Origin: Asterias rubens | Taxonomy: Eukaryota | DNA length: 64,000 nucleotides | NCBI RefSeq assembly: GCF_902459465.1 | Contig: NW_022985711.1 | Span: 124,001-188,000, forward strand | Direction of reading: 5' to 3' | Shown: one piece after another, positions 1 through 33,438 of the stretch | How the letters are laid out: every line of letters starts with the position of its first letter | Position numbering within the stretch: position 1 is the first letter of the stretch | Notes under the pieces: generated by a model | Seen by the model: the letters and a program-made list of their open reading frames with translations, nothing else | Database searches by the model: none | What the model was told of the DNA's origin: nothing | Made by a program: the position numbers and the translations under genes

Positions 1-923
1 TGATGTCTCGCTTCCACTGCTCAGCACATGCACACTGTTCCGTGAATTTTGCACAAACTCATTTAGAACAAGCTTGCCCCCAGCGTTGTTATAAAAATAG
101 TATGCGTAGGTATCGAGAGATCGATCAAAATTTTGGACACAAGGCTGTACGTACGTATGACCGACAAACGGCTGTTTTAATAGTTTACGACTGTTTAGCG
201 CAGAGAACAAAAACTTTCGGAAATAATTTGTAATATTCTCCTGCATGGTTTGCGCTCAACACCATTTAGCTGCTGCATTCTATAAAAAAAAAAAAAAAAA
301 AAATAATAATACAGCAAATTCAATTTGTAACAACTAGAGTAAAGACAGAGTAAATTTAATTTAATTTCTGTTATTGAACATTCAATTTTGTTTTATAATA
401 AGGCGGCTTGTTCTCATTTGTAATTTTGTACAGAATCTCCATGATTATGTTGGCCTAAGATGCAATTACATATCTGGAAAACACCCTCACTGCATCACAG
501 AGTTGATTTTGATGCCTGAAAAAAGAGGCTTAAATGGCTGAGCCTTTCTCAGATTTAGTTTTATGGCGATAACTTTTCCTATTTTTCTTAACTACATAAC
601 TAACTTCAAAGAGAGCGCTACTAACAATGTTTCATAATACAAACAGCCTCTACTGCTCTTACACCAATTACATTTTGTTATGGTTAATAATATTTGGAGT
701 AATTAAACAAACAATTTGGTGTTGAGAATTGAAGAGATCGATTGAGGTTACCTTAGGCTACTTCTAGAAACTTTAAGGCTCCTCACAGGGGAGCCTTATA
801 GTTTCTAGAAGTAACCTTAGGCCATGTGGTCAATGTTATTTTTAAAAGTAGCCTACTGGGCTAGTAATGTACATTACTAACTTGCCCTCAGAGAGTTATG
901 AGTACCCGAGATTCTAAAAATTT

Positions 924-1200
924 ATAATAACAACCGCATTTCTATAGCGCCTAACACCTTCAAAAGAAAGTCTCTTTAGTGCTCAGAGGAAAACAAAAGA
1001 ATAATTAAGTATAAGAAGATTTGAATAGATATGTTTTGAGAAGAGACTTGAAACTTGAGATCGTGGTGGCTTGTTTGATGTGTAGAGGGAGATTGTTCCA
1101 TAAGTGGGGTGCAGCAAACTGAAAACTCCGTTGACCATTATGCTTTGGTGGCAACATAAGGGATAACAAGTGTGTCTTTGTTAGCAGAGCCGAGGTTTGT
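924..1200 (-). mobile_element. L2-clade LINE 3' remnant
   Basis: The minus strand reads NLGSANKDTLVIPYVATKA-(1-nt frameshift)-GQRSFQFAAPHLWNNLPLHIKQATTISSFKSLLKTYLF*, the typical L2 ORF2 C-terminus. It is followed by a GCGCTATAGAAATG..TTATTAT tail. Confidence 0.75.
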
Positions 1201-1697
1201 CATAAATAAGTCTTTCTGATGAGTTAACGGTAGCGATAACAACCAAAACGCAAAAGAAGTTTTCACACAAAATCCAAAATAACTTAACACATTTTAGAAT
1301 TTATTATTCACATCTGAAGGGGAAGAAATATCATAGAGCAATATTAACAAGTATGGACTAGGTTACATGTAGGTTGCAGTTTTTAGTAACCCTCGAGAAG
1401 TGGTGCTTCAATTTAAGAACGCCTTCCACCTCTTGAACCCAAAACTCAAACTTTCCATCCTTGTCTTCCTTCATTGGTTTCTAGTTCGCTTTAATTGAGA
1501 GTCCTTGGCTTCACATAACAGAATCCAAGAAATGAAAATATTTGTTTTTTTTCTATGACCTTTATGATCAGGAACTGCACTGAAGGGATCCATTCAATGT
1601 TTCCAACAATGAAAGTCTAAGCGCCAGTTCAGTCTAGCGCCATCTTGAGGTCGCTCTTAGTTCACTTCATGTTATGACTTCTCTGTATTAGTTACCG

Positions 1698-1703
1698 TTT
1701 ATT
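1698..1703 (-). terminator. Candidate METTL5 polyadenylation signal (AATAAA)
   Basis: AATAAA on the minus strand about 610 nt downstream of the stop codon; no transcript data. Confidence 0.3.
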
Positions 1704-2315
1704 CCTGACCTGTTGGCAGTATTAAAAGCAGTAGTTTCTCATGAAAACGAGTTCTATTTTGATCGTGTATGTTTAGACATCCAACTACTACTCCTGTAGT
1801 GGCGTGGTGGCAGTGGTGGGAATGTCTACTTCAATGGCAACAAGCAGGGACACAGATATCTGAAAACATGTCTGGCCAGCAGAGCACCATCCTCCAGCAA
1901 CTTGTGAGATCTGTTGCCAGTTCTGTGAATCCATCTCTCTTGAAGAATCTTTATCTCACCACCTTGGCCCTGAGCGGACCCTCACCATCTCGACTCCATG
2001 CTATCACCTGGTCAACCCTACAGTGGTTCACCATCGTGCATTTGTCCCGATATGGTTTTGCAGTGTCCAGCAACTTGTGAGATCTGTTTCCAACTCTGTG
2101 GATATGTCCCTCTTGAAGAATCTCACCATCTCGATCCTCACCACTTTGACCCTAAGTATCACCTGGCCAACCCTCCTCTTTCATCATACTGGCCTGTCAA
2201 TGAATTGGCAGTGAAAGGCAGGGTTGTCCGCCATGAAAATCTGAGAAGGTCTACTTCGATGCCAACTCTGTGGATCAGATTGTCTCGAAGAATCCTCATC
2301 TCACCACCTTCACCC

Positions 2316-7216
<4,901 letters not shown>

Positions 7217-7590
7217 TCATTCCATTCCTAGATAATTCAAAACAAATTGTGTTATTATCAATAGTTTACTTTAATGCTTACTTTACTTTAGCTAGTTGCG
7301 TTAATCATAACCCTGTATACTGTCGGGAGGCCTTATCGGTACGATCAAAAGTAGGCTTTACTTGAAATTTATACTACTTGAAATGGTCGCTATCGCTGAG
7401 GTCAAATGTGTACGAATACAAATGTGTCCTCGAGCACAATAGACCCTTCCCATGAAATATGTAAATTGCACACAGCACTGGTGGAGGGGAAAAGGGAAAT
7501 TTAAAAAAAATACAAAGAAAAAAGTATGATTCACCATTAAGGCTTCCCCACATCACAGCAGCAATAACAAAAGCAGGTGTCTTGGGGGTG

Positions 7591-7862
7591 CCCAGGTCGA
7601 AATTCTAGTTGAACCTAGTTAAACTGGATTTAACTGGAACTAGTTGAAAACCAGTTGATAAACTAGTTAAACACAGTTAAAACCAGTTGGTTTAATATGG
7701 AAAATGGACAGGCACCAACTGGTTTATCATTTAAACCTAGTTGAACACAGTTAAACCTAGTCCAAACCAGTTTGTTAATATGGAAAATGGATGACTTTGG
7801 TCACTATCCAGTTGAACCAGTTGACCCCAGTTAACTGGGTTCAACTGGAATTTTGACCTGGG
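7591..7862. mobile_element. MITE-like element with TIR CCCAGGTC(G/A)AAATTC(T/C)AGTTGAACC and internal AACYAGTT iterations
   Basis: Inverted termini at 7591 and 7862 with a low-complexity interior. Confidence 0.65.
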
Positions 7863-8831
7863 TGGGGGGGGGGGGTGTGTGCGTGAGACACACAATAAAA
7901 CAATAACAAAATCTGAAACTGATCCACACACTGTGTGTGAATCATGCAGTTTCAGATTGTTGATTTTTGTTTTTCATTCACTGTGTGCTGTCCTTACTCT
8001 ATGCTGTGTGACACAGTGAATGAAAAAAAAAATTTACTATCCGTCTACGTCTATACTTATTAGTGTCGTAATGTCAATGATAAATTAATTAAGATAAGAG
8101 AATACGAAAACACACATTTTAAATCATAATGCTTTTACGACTAAAAAATAAATGTCAAGCATGTTATCGATGGGTTCATTAAATGACATTAGATTGAGAC
8201 TCTAAGGAAAGAGGCAATGACTACTTTTACTTGTTTTAAGAAATCTTTGGGTCATGTTCAATCCAAGTAATGCTTGGTTTTATGAATTGCATTATTGTTA
8301 CTTGTCAATAGAGGGCGGTATATAAGATGAGTGGTCTACTATCCACAATTTCACAAAAGCATCCGCACGTCGCCACCAATATTTATAATCCGCCCTTTTC
8401 TTGCTTAATTAACTCCAAAAACCCTGAATTTGTTTTCTTACCTGAGAAGAAAGGTTCTATAACTCTATTTTTGGACCCCTCTGCCTTCCCAAAATGCATG
8501 CGGTTCTGAATCGCGATAATGGATCTGACTGCATGCTGCATGACACTGACAGTCTCACTCTGCCTCCCCATCGTCCATGATCCATCGATGATCGAGAGTG
8601 AGTGAGCGCAGTGAGTGACTGACACAGTGTTTGCTTACCTTCATTGCGATGACTTCTAGTTTGGGATTCCCTCACGAAGAGTTGGTAGTTTGTACCCACA
8701 GAAATGGCAAAAATTCTGCCAAACAGTGAAGAAAATATGAACGAATTCAAGTAGCGAGTAGCGAGTAGAATAGCATGAATAGCGAGTGGTCTTTCTGTGT
8801 ATTTACTATTTAATTATTGCACCAACACAAA

Positions 8832-9048
8832 AATGAGGGCGCTATGCTGGTTTAACGGTGGTATTTTGTTTGCAGGTGAAAAATTAACGGCGGTGTTAAA
8901 TACCGCCCTCTTACGTGTGGACAACTGCTGCTTTATGATTGGTCTGTTGCGCGTAAGTTAATAACCAAGCTTTATGATTGGTCTGTTGCGCGTAGGTTGA
9001 TAACCAAATTAGACCAGGTACCGTTAAACCAGCATAGCGCCCTCATTT
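8832..9048. mobile_element. MITE-like element with perfect 29-bp TIRs and an internal 39-bp tandem duplication
   Basis: AAATGAGGGCGCTATGCTGGTTTAACGGT at 8832-8860 and its reverse complement at 9020-9048. Confidence 0.75.
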
Positions 9049-9520
9049 ATGTGGTTTGAGAAAGGCCCTAGGCCTAGGCCTAATATGAAACGTAAGCTTT
9101 CAAGCAAATTTACGCTGAAGCAAAGATAACAAACAGCACTTTTAATTTGACATATCAACAACAAATTCCTGTCACTCAGTCCAGTTTATTTGCAGTTTGC
9201 ACTTACCCGACAAATTTTGCAGAAATTTTTGACAAATTTAATGTCCGAGTTTTGGCTAGTCAGTACTTCAACACCTACCTCTCATCAATTACATGCAAAG
9301 TATATGGTTACCATACTATAAAATACTGAACCGCATGCGTTCTATGTTTTTTTTATGAGCTTTGTCAACGCAACATCGTCCCCATTTCCAACCATTATTT
9401 ACAATAGTACAGAGCGCTCATCCTCTTACTGCTCGACAATCCCTGGGAACAAGGTTGATGTTAACGCGCAAGTACCTTGTGTCGAATGTGTTTTAGACAC
9501 CTTTTGTCTGCTGCAGCAAA

Positions 9521-24645
<15,125 letters not shown>

Positions 24646-25159
24646 TATGAATTATGAATGAGATTTATCCTGATTGCTATTAAGTATGATAGTGCCCTGT
24701 TGGCGCGTACCTCGCATACTCTCAAAAAGCGCCATTCTAACGACAAAAGGAGGCAAATCATTGAACGATGGCTTTTCCGTGGCAGCAAAATGTGGGTTAC
24801 CTAGAAGGAAGCGTACCTGGTAGTGATATGCAAAGGGGGTCTACTGATTTCTATAGAAGCCCTTACAAAATGCTGAATGCATCTCTGAACAATGCGCGTT
24901 TACCGTTTCCATCATTTTGATCATCAAATAATTTGTGCACGATTTTCACTCCCAAAATTATGGTGTTCAAGGGGTCTATAGACCTCATGCACATGACGTC
25001 ATTTGAGTAAAGTCGCCTCGCCTAGAGGTCACATGGAGGTTTGTTCCCAGGCCAATCATGTGTACTGTGTGTTCAAATGTGAATGCTTCCATTATTTCAT
25101 TATCATTTTACCTCTAAGATTGCGGCATTATGACGTTAATGCATCACTCACTAAAGTCC

Positions 25160-25190
<31 letters not shown>

Positions 25191-25533
25191 CCGTTTTTAT
25201 ATAGCGCTTTTCACACCCGGAGGGCGGCCCAAAGCACTTCGCATTATTAACCCTGATCACTGGGCCTCATTTAACTTCTTAAACCATCTCAGCTCCCTGG
25301 TGGAGAGTATACAGCCTTGTGCAACATTAATATGCGCTACTCGGCTAAATCGATCACAAGAACCATCTCTGCCCTCACAGGTACCCATTTACCCCTGGGT
25401 GGAGAGAAGCAATTATAGTTAAGTATCTTGCTCAGGGACACAAGTGTCACGGCCAGGATTCGAACCCACACTCTGCTGAACAGAAAACACCAGAGCTTGA
25501 GTTCGGTGCTCTTATCCACTCGGCCACGACACT
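25160..25533 (-). mobile_element. tRNA-derived CORE-like SINE with an (ATT)n tail, in the probable KAT2 3' UTR
   Basis: Same family as 20868-21215; full head-to-tail structure. Confidence 0.8.
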
Positions 25534-25933
25534 CCTAGGATTTCTTGTTAAAAGTTCCATCAAGAGTAAAATCACTAGTAACTACATTGCAAATGATTTT
25601 AAGCACATTGGCCATACATTTAATTGCTATTGAGAAAACAGACTTTAGTTCATCTACTGTACGTATACATCAAGTGTATTATTATCCCAAAGTCCTATGG
25701 AAGGAAAAAACCCCAAAAACAAACCTACTCTGGTTTTATTCTTACACTGATGTGCGTAACAGTACATTATTAAAAACACATGTTTAAGAATCTGTACATA
25801 TTAAAACCAAAAACTAACTTATGCTCAACTTATGATTAAATCACCGTTTTCTTTGCTACTATTTTGTACAAATGTTTTGTTTTTATCTGAGGTATGTACG
25901 CTTTGTGTATAATATCATGTCATTCAAAACTCA

Positions 25934-25939
25934 AATAAA
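25934..25939 (+). terminator. Candidate KAT2 polyadenylation signal (AATAAA)
   Basis: AATAAA followed by U-rich sequence, 1.3 kb after the stop codon. Confidence 0.4.
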
Positions 25940-26401
25940 CTTAATTGCATTTTGTTTTTATAATAGAAATTGTGCTTGGATCATTTTGTTGTAATCTTGA
26001 GGACTGCAGGGACCAATTTCATGGCTGTTTACTGTAAGCAAAGAATCTGCGCTTACAAAAGCAGGGATTTCAGAACCTAGTCAAGCGTATTCCACAGGTT
26101 AGCAGAAAATATCTGCTTGTGCATTCATTTTAGTACTTATCATCACTCTACCACCCCCCAGACATGATTTTATTGTTGACTTTTTTTAACCAAGTTTTCT
26201 TGAAAAATTGTGTCTGAAAAATTATATTAAAGAGATTTTTCATTTCATGACCATTGAAATTTGTTGGGCAGAGGTCAGGTCATTCAGTCGTTTGCGGCCT
26301 GTATGAGCGTTTCGATACAAGCCATTTATTGCCAGTTATAGACTATAAAGGGTCAAGTGGAAGGTACAGAAAATTGTGGCAAGGCCAAATCCCACCTATC
26401 T

Positions 26402-26680
26402 TTAAAGGCAGTGGACACTATTGGTAACTACTCCAAATAATTATTAGCGCAGAACCTTACTTGGTAACGAGTATTGGGAGGAGGTTGATAGTATAAAACA
26501 TTCAGAGTGAAGTAGTTTTCGAGAAAGAAGTGTTTTTCCACGAATTTGATTTCAAGACCTCAAATTCGCTTGACAAGGTTTGTTTTTCTTTCTCATAGTT
26601 ATCTCGCAACTTCAACGACCAATTGAGCTCAAATTTTCACAGGTTTGATATTTTATGCATAATGTTGGCATGGGGTTTCT
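26402..26680. mobile_element. Kolobok/T2-like MITE, right end lost
   Basis: Left TIR TTAA-AGGCAGTGGACACTATTGG. Confidence 0.75.
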
Positions 26681-26790
26681 CAACACACCCCTCTTTACTA
26701 CGAGGCTAAAATCCCTAATTAACAGCAACCTCCTTATCACTCAAACGTTAACCAACAAAATGTACAAGTACAATCCATCACCGCTCCCTT

Positions 26791-29700
26791 CTATCGTCTG
26801 TCTCTATATTCCTTCACACGTTGCCCTCCTCTATCCCCATCTCCCCGATCATCTCGACTGCTTCTCTCTGCTTTGATCCTTGGTTCGTCTCTGGTATCAT
26901 GACGTCTACGTTTTGATGAGCTCTGGCTACTGTATTCCTCATCACGTCTACCCCCATGAGAATCCTCCCTACGATGATCACGATCTTGATGGACCCTTCT
27001 TCTATCATCATCACTCGAGTCTCCTCTGTGCTTCTTGGTATTTCTGCCCCTGCTTGGTTTCTCAGTCCCAGAATCGCTGTCGGAATCTGATGAGCTGCTA
27101 CCGTGTCGTCTACTTGATTTCTTTTGACTACGCTCTCTAACGGATTTCTCTCTTGAAGTATCACCTTTAGAGCTGTTCTGCGGCTCCTTCTTGACTCGCA
27201 TTTGACTGTGGCGCATCCCTGCATCTTCATCGTCCCTTCTCTGCTGATGGCTTCCTCTCCTGTAGCCATTATCATCATCCCGGACGGGACCTCTCAGTTC
27301 TTGTTTTACAGCCTGCCTGTGATCGCTGTGCTTCTGACTGGAATGGCTCCTTCGCTCATCCTCCTTCTTAACGGATCTCTTCTCGTCATCTCGTCTACTC
27401 TTCTCGCTGCCTTGTCTGCTTTCATAACGCTCAGGGGTGCTGCTACGTCGTCTTGTTCTCGACTGCTTCCGACGTCTTCCATCTGAGCTCTCATCACTTG
27501 ACGAGTCTTCACTGCTGGAATCGACTCTCTTGTGCTTCTTGGATTTCTGTTTTTTCTTTCTGGGCTCTTCGTCTGACGAACTGTCGCTTCGTCGTCGCAG
27601 TTTCTTGCTCTTCTTTTTTTTGTGTACAGATCCAGAGTGTTTATTCTCTAAGCGGTTCAGTTTTCTTTAGAAAAGTAAGAGGAAATAATAAGGGATTAGA
27701 TTAGTCACTGGGTGACAACATCGGTGACAAGATTTCACAGTGATCTAAGTAAGGAGTTGTATGTTTACTATTTACTATTAAGAAGTCTTGTAATGTAGAG
27801 AATGCGAGACTCAGAATAAGCCCTGTTGTCACCAAAAACATGTCCACGTACCAATGCAACGACTGACTGTCGACAGATTATTATTAGTAATGGACCGTTT
27901 ATTATTATTATTATTTGTGGACAGAATGGTGAAATGGTCTCAAAAGGAACATATTTTTTATTCATGTTTTGGAACAGCCTTGGATCAATGTTTGTCGACT
28001 GGCATAGCGTTTAATAGCTACATGGGTGTCTGGGTATCTTTTGGACACCATGTTTTATCTTTCATTTACATATAAATGTAATGTAAGTGCACAATTTGGT
28101 CACTCAGTTTTTAAGTTCCCAGTAAATTTGGACACCCTTTTACCAAATCTAGGCTGAAAGCTTGTGGATTGGGGATGTGGGGACTTACTTGAGGAGTTTC
28201 TTCTTCTGTTTCTTGGTGAGGGATTTCAAGAAGGCCTCCTCTGGGGGTGGGCCGTCATCAGAATCCTCCTCTGCAACAAGATGCTGGTGAAAATATAAAG
28301 TAAGGATAATCGTGTAAGCAAGTTTGAAAAAAGCACTGTTGGTTTTTAGAAGAACAAAGTTTGTTACCAGTCACAGGCCCAATACTTTACGGAGGCAATC
28401 ACCTCCATGCCCCTGGTCATTGCCTCGGTGCCCTTGGTAATTTCCTTCATGCCCCTGGTCATTGCATTAGCCCCTGGTCATTGCCTCCTTGCCCCTGGTC
28501 ATTGCCTCCATGCCCCTGGTCATTGTTTCCATGCCCCCTCGTCTCTACAAATGTTTCACTACAAATGAACATTTTACCTTATTGTATGTTTCGTCTTGTA
28601 TGCTGCGACCGAGGACGTTCTGTTTGAAAGCGTAGCCATCACGCCGCATCTCTGCGACGAGTTGGTCCTGATGGACAGTCTCGGCTTTGGTTTCTTCATC
28701 TCCGGATGCTTCATACCTTGGACACTGAATGAACATAGAGTGAGAAACAGTTATGTTGTGTGGTTGTAGATTAATTGTTCGAACCCCAATCACCCCTTCA
28801 CCACCTGCTGTGATATGATTTGTTTTACCAGTACAAAGAGGGACAACAGTATCTGGAAAACACGCCTTGTAAACTCCCTTTCCGGGGGTTATTGTGTAAT
28901 ATACAATAGCTACAGCATACCTCTTTGTCTGTGTTGATGTGCCCCATCTCGTGACACTTAACACAACGGACCTTCCTGACAGCGGCCCCGGTGTCTTGGC
29001 TTAGTCCAGGGAGTATGGTCGGAGGCTCAGCTTCCATGGGTGTATCTCTCTTCCATTCCAGCTTTCCTTGGTCGCTAGGCTCCGTCTGGTAGGCCTTGGG
29101 TGCCTCGTAGATGAAGGTTAGGCCATTCTTAACTCTCTCATCTCCCATCAACTGCCTTTAGAATGAATTATAACAACCAACGAGAACATTAAAGACACTG
29201 ACACTGTTGGTTATTACTCAAAATAAATTGTTAGCATAAAAACTTAATGGTTATACACCGTCACACCAAATTCGTTCTCACTACATTCTGAAAAATGTAT
29301 TCTTGGTGCAAGATGATAGTAATAGTACGATGCCCGGCAAGGAGGGAGCAAGCGAGCGGGGGATCGCGATCAAGAGAACAATTGAAAAACGTTTTGCACC
29401 AAGACTACATTTTTCAGAACCTAGTGAGAACGAGCTCGGTGTGATGTGGGTATTACGAGCAATAGAAAGCTCTAATGATATAATATAATAAAACATTGTG
29501 TTTTTGACATAGAAGTTATTTCTCACTCAAATAATAACAGACTTCAGGCCTGACCAAGCCTTTTATTAGGCATCTGAAAGCACACAAAGTTGTTTACCTA
29601 CGTACCTGTTGTTGTAGTGATCTTGGTCACGTTCATATTCAGCTCGAAGCTCATCCTGTTTCTGCGTCTCTTCAGCGACCCGCTGCTCAGCTAGCCAAAC

Positions 29701-30903
29701 CTGTACATTTATAAATAATTTAACAATAACGCACTCTGTATAAGTTAGAGGGCACTGTCATGACTGTTTGAATAACAATAACATTTGTAACTTTGGGAAT
29801 TTAAATATTCACATTATTACACGTACACCTTTGGTTATAGTATGGTCATATGTTGACATGCGATTGTGGATTGTGAGTATAAAGTTTGGTAGTTGCGATA
29901 ACGTAACCCTCTTCTTGACGGCGGGAGGAGGGTTACGTTATCACAACTAAAAGTTCGGAGGTCATCCTAATCATTAAAAATAGATTGTGGAGCAGTTTTT
30001 GGTCACTTCCTGTAATTTGTTTGGAATCCCGGAAGTTGTGGATCCTTTATACAGTCGCATGCGTATGGAGGGTTACGATTGAAAAGTTAACATGGTTAAT
30101 AAAAAAGGGTTACTCTAATTGAATTACCATCAACACGAACAGTTACATCGACACTGACATCAGTTCAAATGGTAACACCATCTACACCTCCAATAAACTT
30201 GAATATAATAATAAAAATAGCGGAAAAGTTTCCGTATGGCGCCACCACTTTTTCATTCGAAATAAAATAATATAGTATCTAATTTACCTGATTGATATAT
30301 CCCTTTTTGTAAAAATTAGTGAAAAAGTGGTGGCGCCATACGGAAAGTTATCCAAAATAGCTTCCTATGCGCGTATATCCGTCACTCGCTCGGTGATGCT
30401 CAAAAGTCAATCAGGGTAATTTTCTGCACGTCGCCACCAATTTATCCGCCGTTAATTAGCTTAGTTGGCGCTTAGTTGGTCCATGGTTGGTCAATCAAGC
30501 AAACAAAGCGCTTTCTTCAAATTAAAAACTTAAAAGGGGCAATAACATTTGTAATCAACAAAAGAAAGAGGCATATAGAGATTAGTAAAACTGTGGATGG
30601 GTATGGGCTACTGGAGAATTTCCACTTAAATTAATGAGGGTGTTGACGGTGTATTGTGCAGTGGTGACGGTAATGTACTTAACTTGTAATTAAATTAAAT
30701 AAAGAAAGATTTTATCATGTTTATTTATAATATTGCAACGCTGATTGATCACATGCTGACGTTGTTCCTACACAAGCAAAATAAGGTGAAACAGTACTCA
30801 AGAAATTCATACCATTAAGATGACCACTTACCCTTTTTATATTAGCAAACGAAGAAGGATGGAAGAACTTTTTACACATGAAATTGGCGAAAGATTTCCC
30901 CAT
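26791..30903 (-). CDS. CIR1: Corepressor interacting with RBPJ 1 (CIR1) homolog, 505 aa, 6 exons
   Basis: Exons 30903-30832, 29700-29606, 29155-28921, 28724-28578, 28283-28189 and 27664-26791; all GT-AG and in frame. Motifs: [30 protein letters not shown], the zinc knuckle [36 protein letters not shown], and an R/S/D/K-rich tail. Confidence 0.92.
28385..28532 (+). repeat. 21-bp minisatellite (GCCCCTGGTCATTGCCTCCAT)
   Basis: About 6 degenerate units in CIR1 intron 4; related to a fragment at about 21790-21850. Confidence 0.8.
30222..30353. mobile_element. About 132-bp palindromic MITE
   Basis: Copy of 9862-9997. Confidence 0.8.
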
Positions 30904-31706
30904 TTTTGTGATGTGTTATGAGCAAAAATTTAGAAGATTCCTTTTTTTACATCGACATATACAGCGCCCTCTTTCGCTAACAATCAGCTTTTTTATTGCG
31001 CCCTCTACTGTTCTAAGCTGGATAGTCGACCTTGTCTAGTCTTTTGCTCGGGCCGAGCGAAGTCTAGTCTTCGCTCGTACGTCCCACAACGGCCTCCCAA
31101 CGACAAAAACGGAGCACCAGCACTCAAAATGCTGTCGACAGATTTGAGAGCCAAAGGGATACAGTTTAAGAATTTTGCATTGAATTCAAAAACGGAATAA
31201 TTGGAAGCTGCCCCTGATTTGTACATGTGACTTCGTTTTGAATTATTATGCAAAATGAGGGTGTTTATGCCGCTTTGTCTATTTTCAGAAACCGGGTTGT
31301 TAAGAAATTGATACCATGGGCGATGTCACATAGATATTCAAGAGAGAATAAAAGAACATGCTAACACAAACAATAAAAATGTAATTGTTTAGTGATACTA
31401 TAACTAATACTTTTAATTAGAGAACTATGCTACATACACCCGCCAAAAATCTTTTTTGGGGGTGCCATTGTACTCAAATAACTTCATAAAACGGATTAAT
31501 ATGGAAGTACGTAGGCCTATACCCAACACTGGATACGCAGGGGTGTTTACTAATGTGTGTCATTGAACGTTTTTTTTCTTTTTCTATCTGGTACGCCCAG
31601 TCAACATATGGTCCGGCGACACTGACGGCACTTATGCAAAGCAGTGGCAATTATTAGGCGCTTGTTGTTTGACGGATGACTTCGGTAGCAAAATCCCTGT
31701 TACCTT

Positions 31707-32071
31707 TTAAAGACACTGGACACTTTGGGTGTTTGTCCAAGATCAGTCTTCTCACTTCGTGTATCTCAACATGCATACAAATAATGACAAACCTGTGAAA
31801 ATTTGAACTCAATTGGTCGTCGAAGTTGCAAATTAATAATTATGAAAGAAAAAACACCGTTGTTACACGAAGTAAGTTGTGTGCTTTATGCATGATTTCG
31901 GGACCTCAAAATCCAATTCTGAGGTCTCGAAATCAAATTCAAATATTTTAGACTAAGTGGAAAATCGCTTCTTTCTCGAAACTAAGTTACTTCAGAGGGA
32001 GCCGTTTCTCAAAATGTGTTATATGCTAACAATTATTTTGAGTAATTACCAATAGTGTCCAGTGCCTTTAA
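31707..32071. mobile_element. Kolobok/T2-like MITE
   Basis: TTAA-AGACACTGGACAC...GTGTCCAGTGCCT-TTAA. Confidence 0.82.
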
Positions 32072-32360
32072 TCTGCCACAGGAAATCTAACTCGCATGTA
32101 ATTGTGATTTATCTTTTATTCAAATTCAATTTCCTAACGCGCGAATATTAAATTAATTATTATTTCCATTTTTGACAGACAGGTGGTGTGACGTCCTCGA
32201 TTATCAATTCTCATTTTTAAAAGATTTTAAACATCTGCGTTCAGTAACGCTCGGGTGATTCTGCATAAATTGAAAGAAAGAAGCATAATATCTAGATTCA
32301 TTGACGCAATAATTCAAATTATCGTCCCGTCTGTTTACTTGATGTTTCCTGAAAACTGGC

Positions 32361-32743
32361 TTAAAGGCAGTGGACACTATTGGTAATTGTCAAAGACTAG
32401 CCTTCACAGTTGGTGTATCTCAACATATGCATAAAATAACTAACCTGTGAAAATTTGAGTTCAATCGGTCATCGAAGTTGCGAGATAATAATGAAAGAAA
32501 AAACACCGTTGTCACACGAAGTTGCGTGCGTGGTTGATTTCGAGACCTCAAGTTCTAAATCTGAGGTCTCGAAATCAAATTCGTGGAACAGTACTTCTTT
32601 CTCGAAACTATGTCACTTCAGAGAGAACCGTTTCTCACAATGTTTTATACCATCAACCTCTCCCCATTACTCGTTACCAAGTAAGGTTTTATGCTAATAA
32701 ATAATTATTTTGAATAATTACCAATAGTGTCCACTGCCTTTAA
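32361..32743. mobile_element. Kolobok/T2-like MITE, complete
   Basis: Perfect TIRs with TTAA on both flanks. Confidence 0.9.
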
Positions 32744-33119
32744 ACAACCATTTTTTTTTTAAATCTATCTCGTTACATAAATCTGTAAAATATTATTTCC
32801 TGAAAACTGCTTTGAGTTTTTAGATCGTTCGTTTCCGAGTCAAGCCATAGGCAGGTTTTCATGTTTGGAAGTCGAAATCGTGTACCATGTTTTTTTTTAA
32901 GAAATAATATTGAAGAAAAATACATTGCCATTCTGTTTGAAGTATTGTCGGCTTGTCAAATAAAACTAGTCAACTAATAAATAATTTGAACAGAATGTTG
33001 CAGCTTATATGCGGCAAAACGTTACCACCAAGACTGTTTATACAAGGAGAGCTGGATTGAGAATTTTGTGACTGTACGGTACGTTTAGAAATGTTGGCAG
33101 GAGTAGGCCTTATTAAGGG

Positions 33120-33285
33120 TAGTCCGTCCTTGTGGTTACCGGAACATTTCGAGCACCATTTCCGAAAGCACGGATGGCAAACAACTATGAAATATAGGAA
33201 CAGACTAATGTAAGGGTAAACCTGTTACATGTACAAAAGGCGGCACTTTTGGGAACAGCGAGGATCCTGGGAAACGGGACGTAGC
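33120..33285 (+). mobile_element. Decayed 3' end of a restriction-like-endonuclease non-LTR retrotransposon (R4/Dong-like)
   Basis: Reads LLHVQKAALLGTARILG*, the terminal RLE motif; upstream frames are disrupted. Confidence 0.55.
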
Positions 33286-33438
33286 CCGACTCGAAGAGTT
33301 CAGGCACAAAGGAAAAAATGTAATCTTTCTTTTGCATGATGTTTATTTTTTATTTTTTAATGCAAGTTTGCCCAAAACAAGGCTAAAACCCACTTTAGGT
33401 AAAGGGCTACAAGGAAGAAAACCTAGACATGCAGAAAC

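Noticed and set aside
3-560. ORF 3-233 and a possible minus-strand exon near 515
   Set aside because: No recognisable protein motif or consistent splice chain.
26814-27704. Several long overlapping ORFs on both strands
   Set aside because: Alternative frames and antisense of the low-complexity CIR1 last exon.
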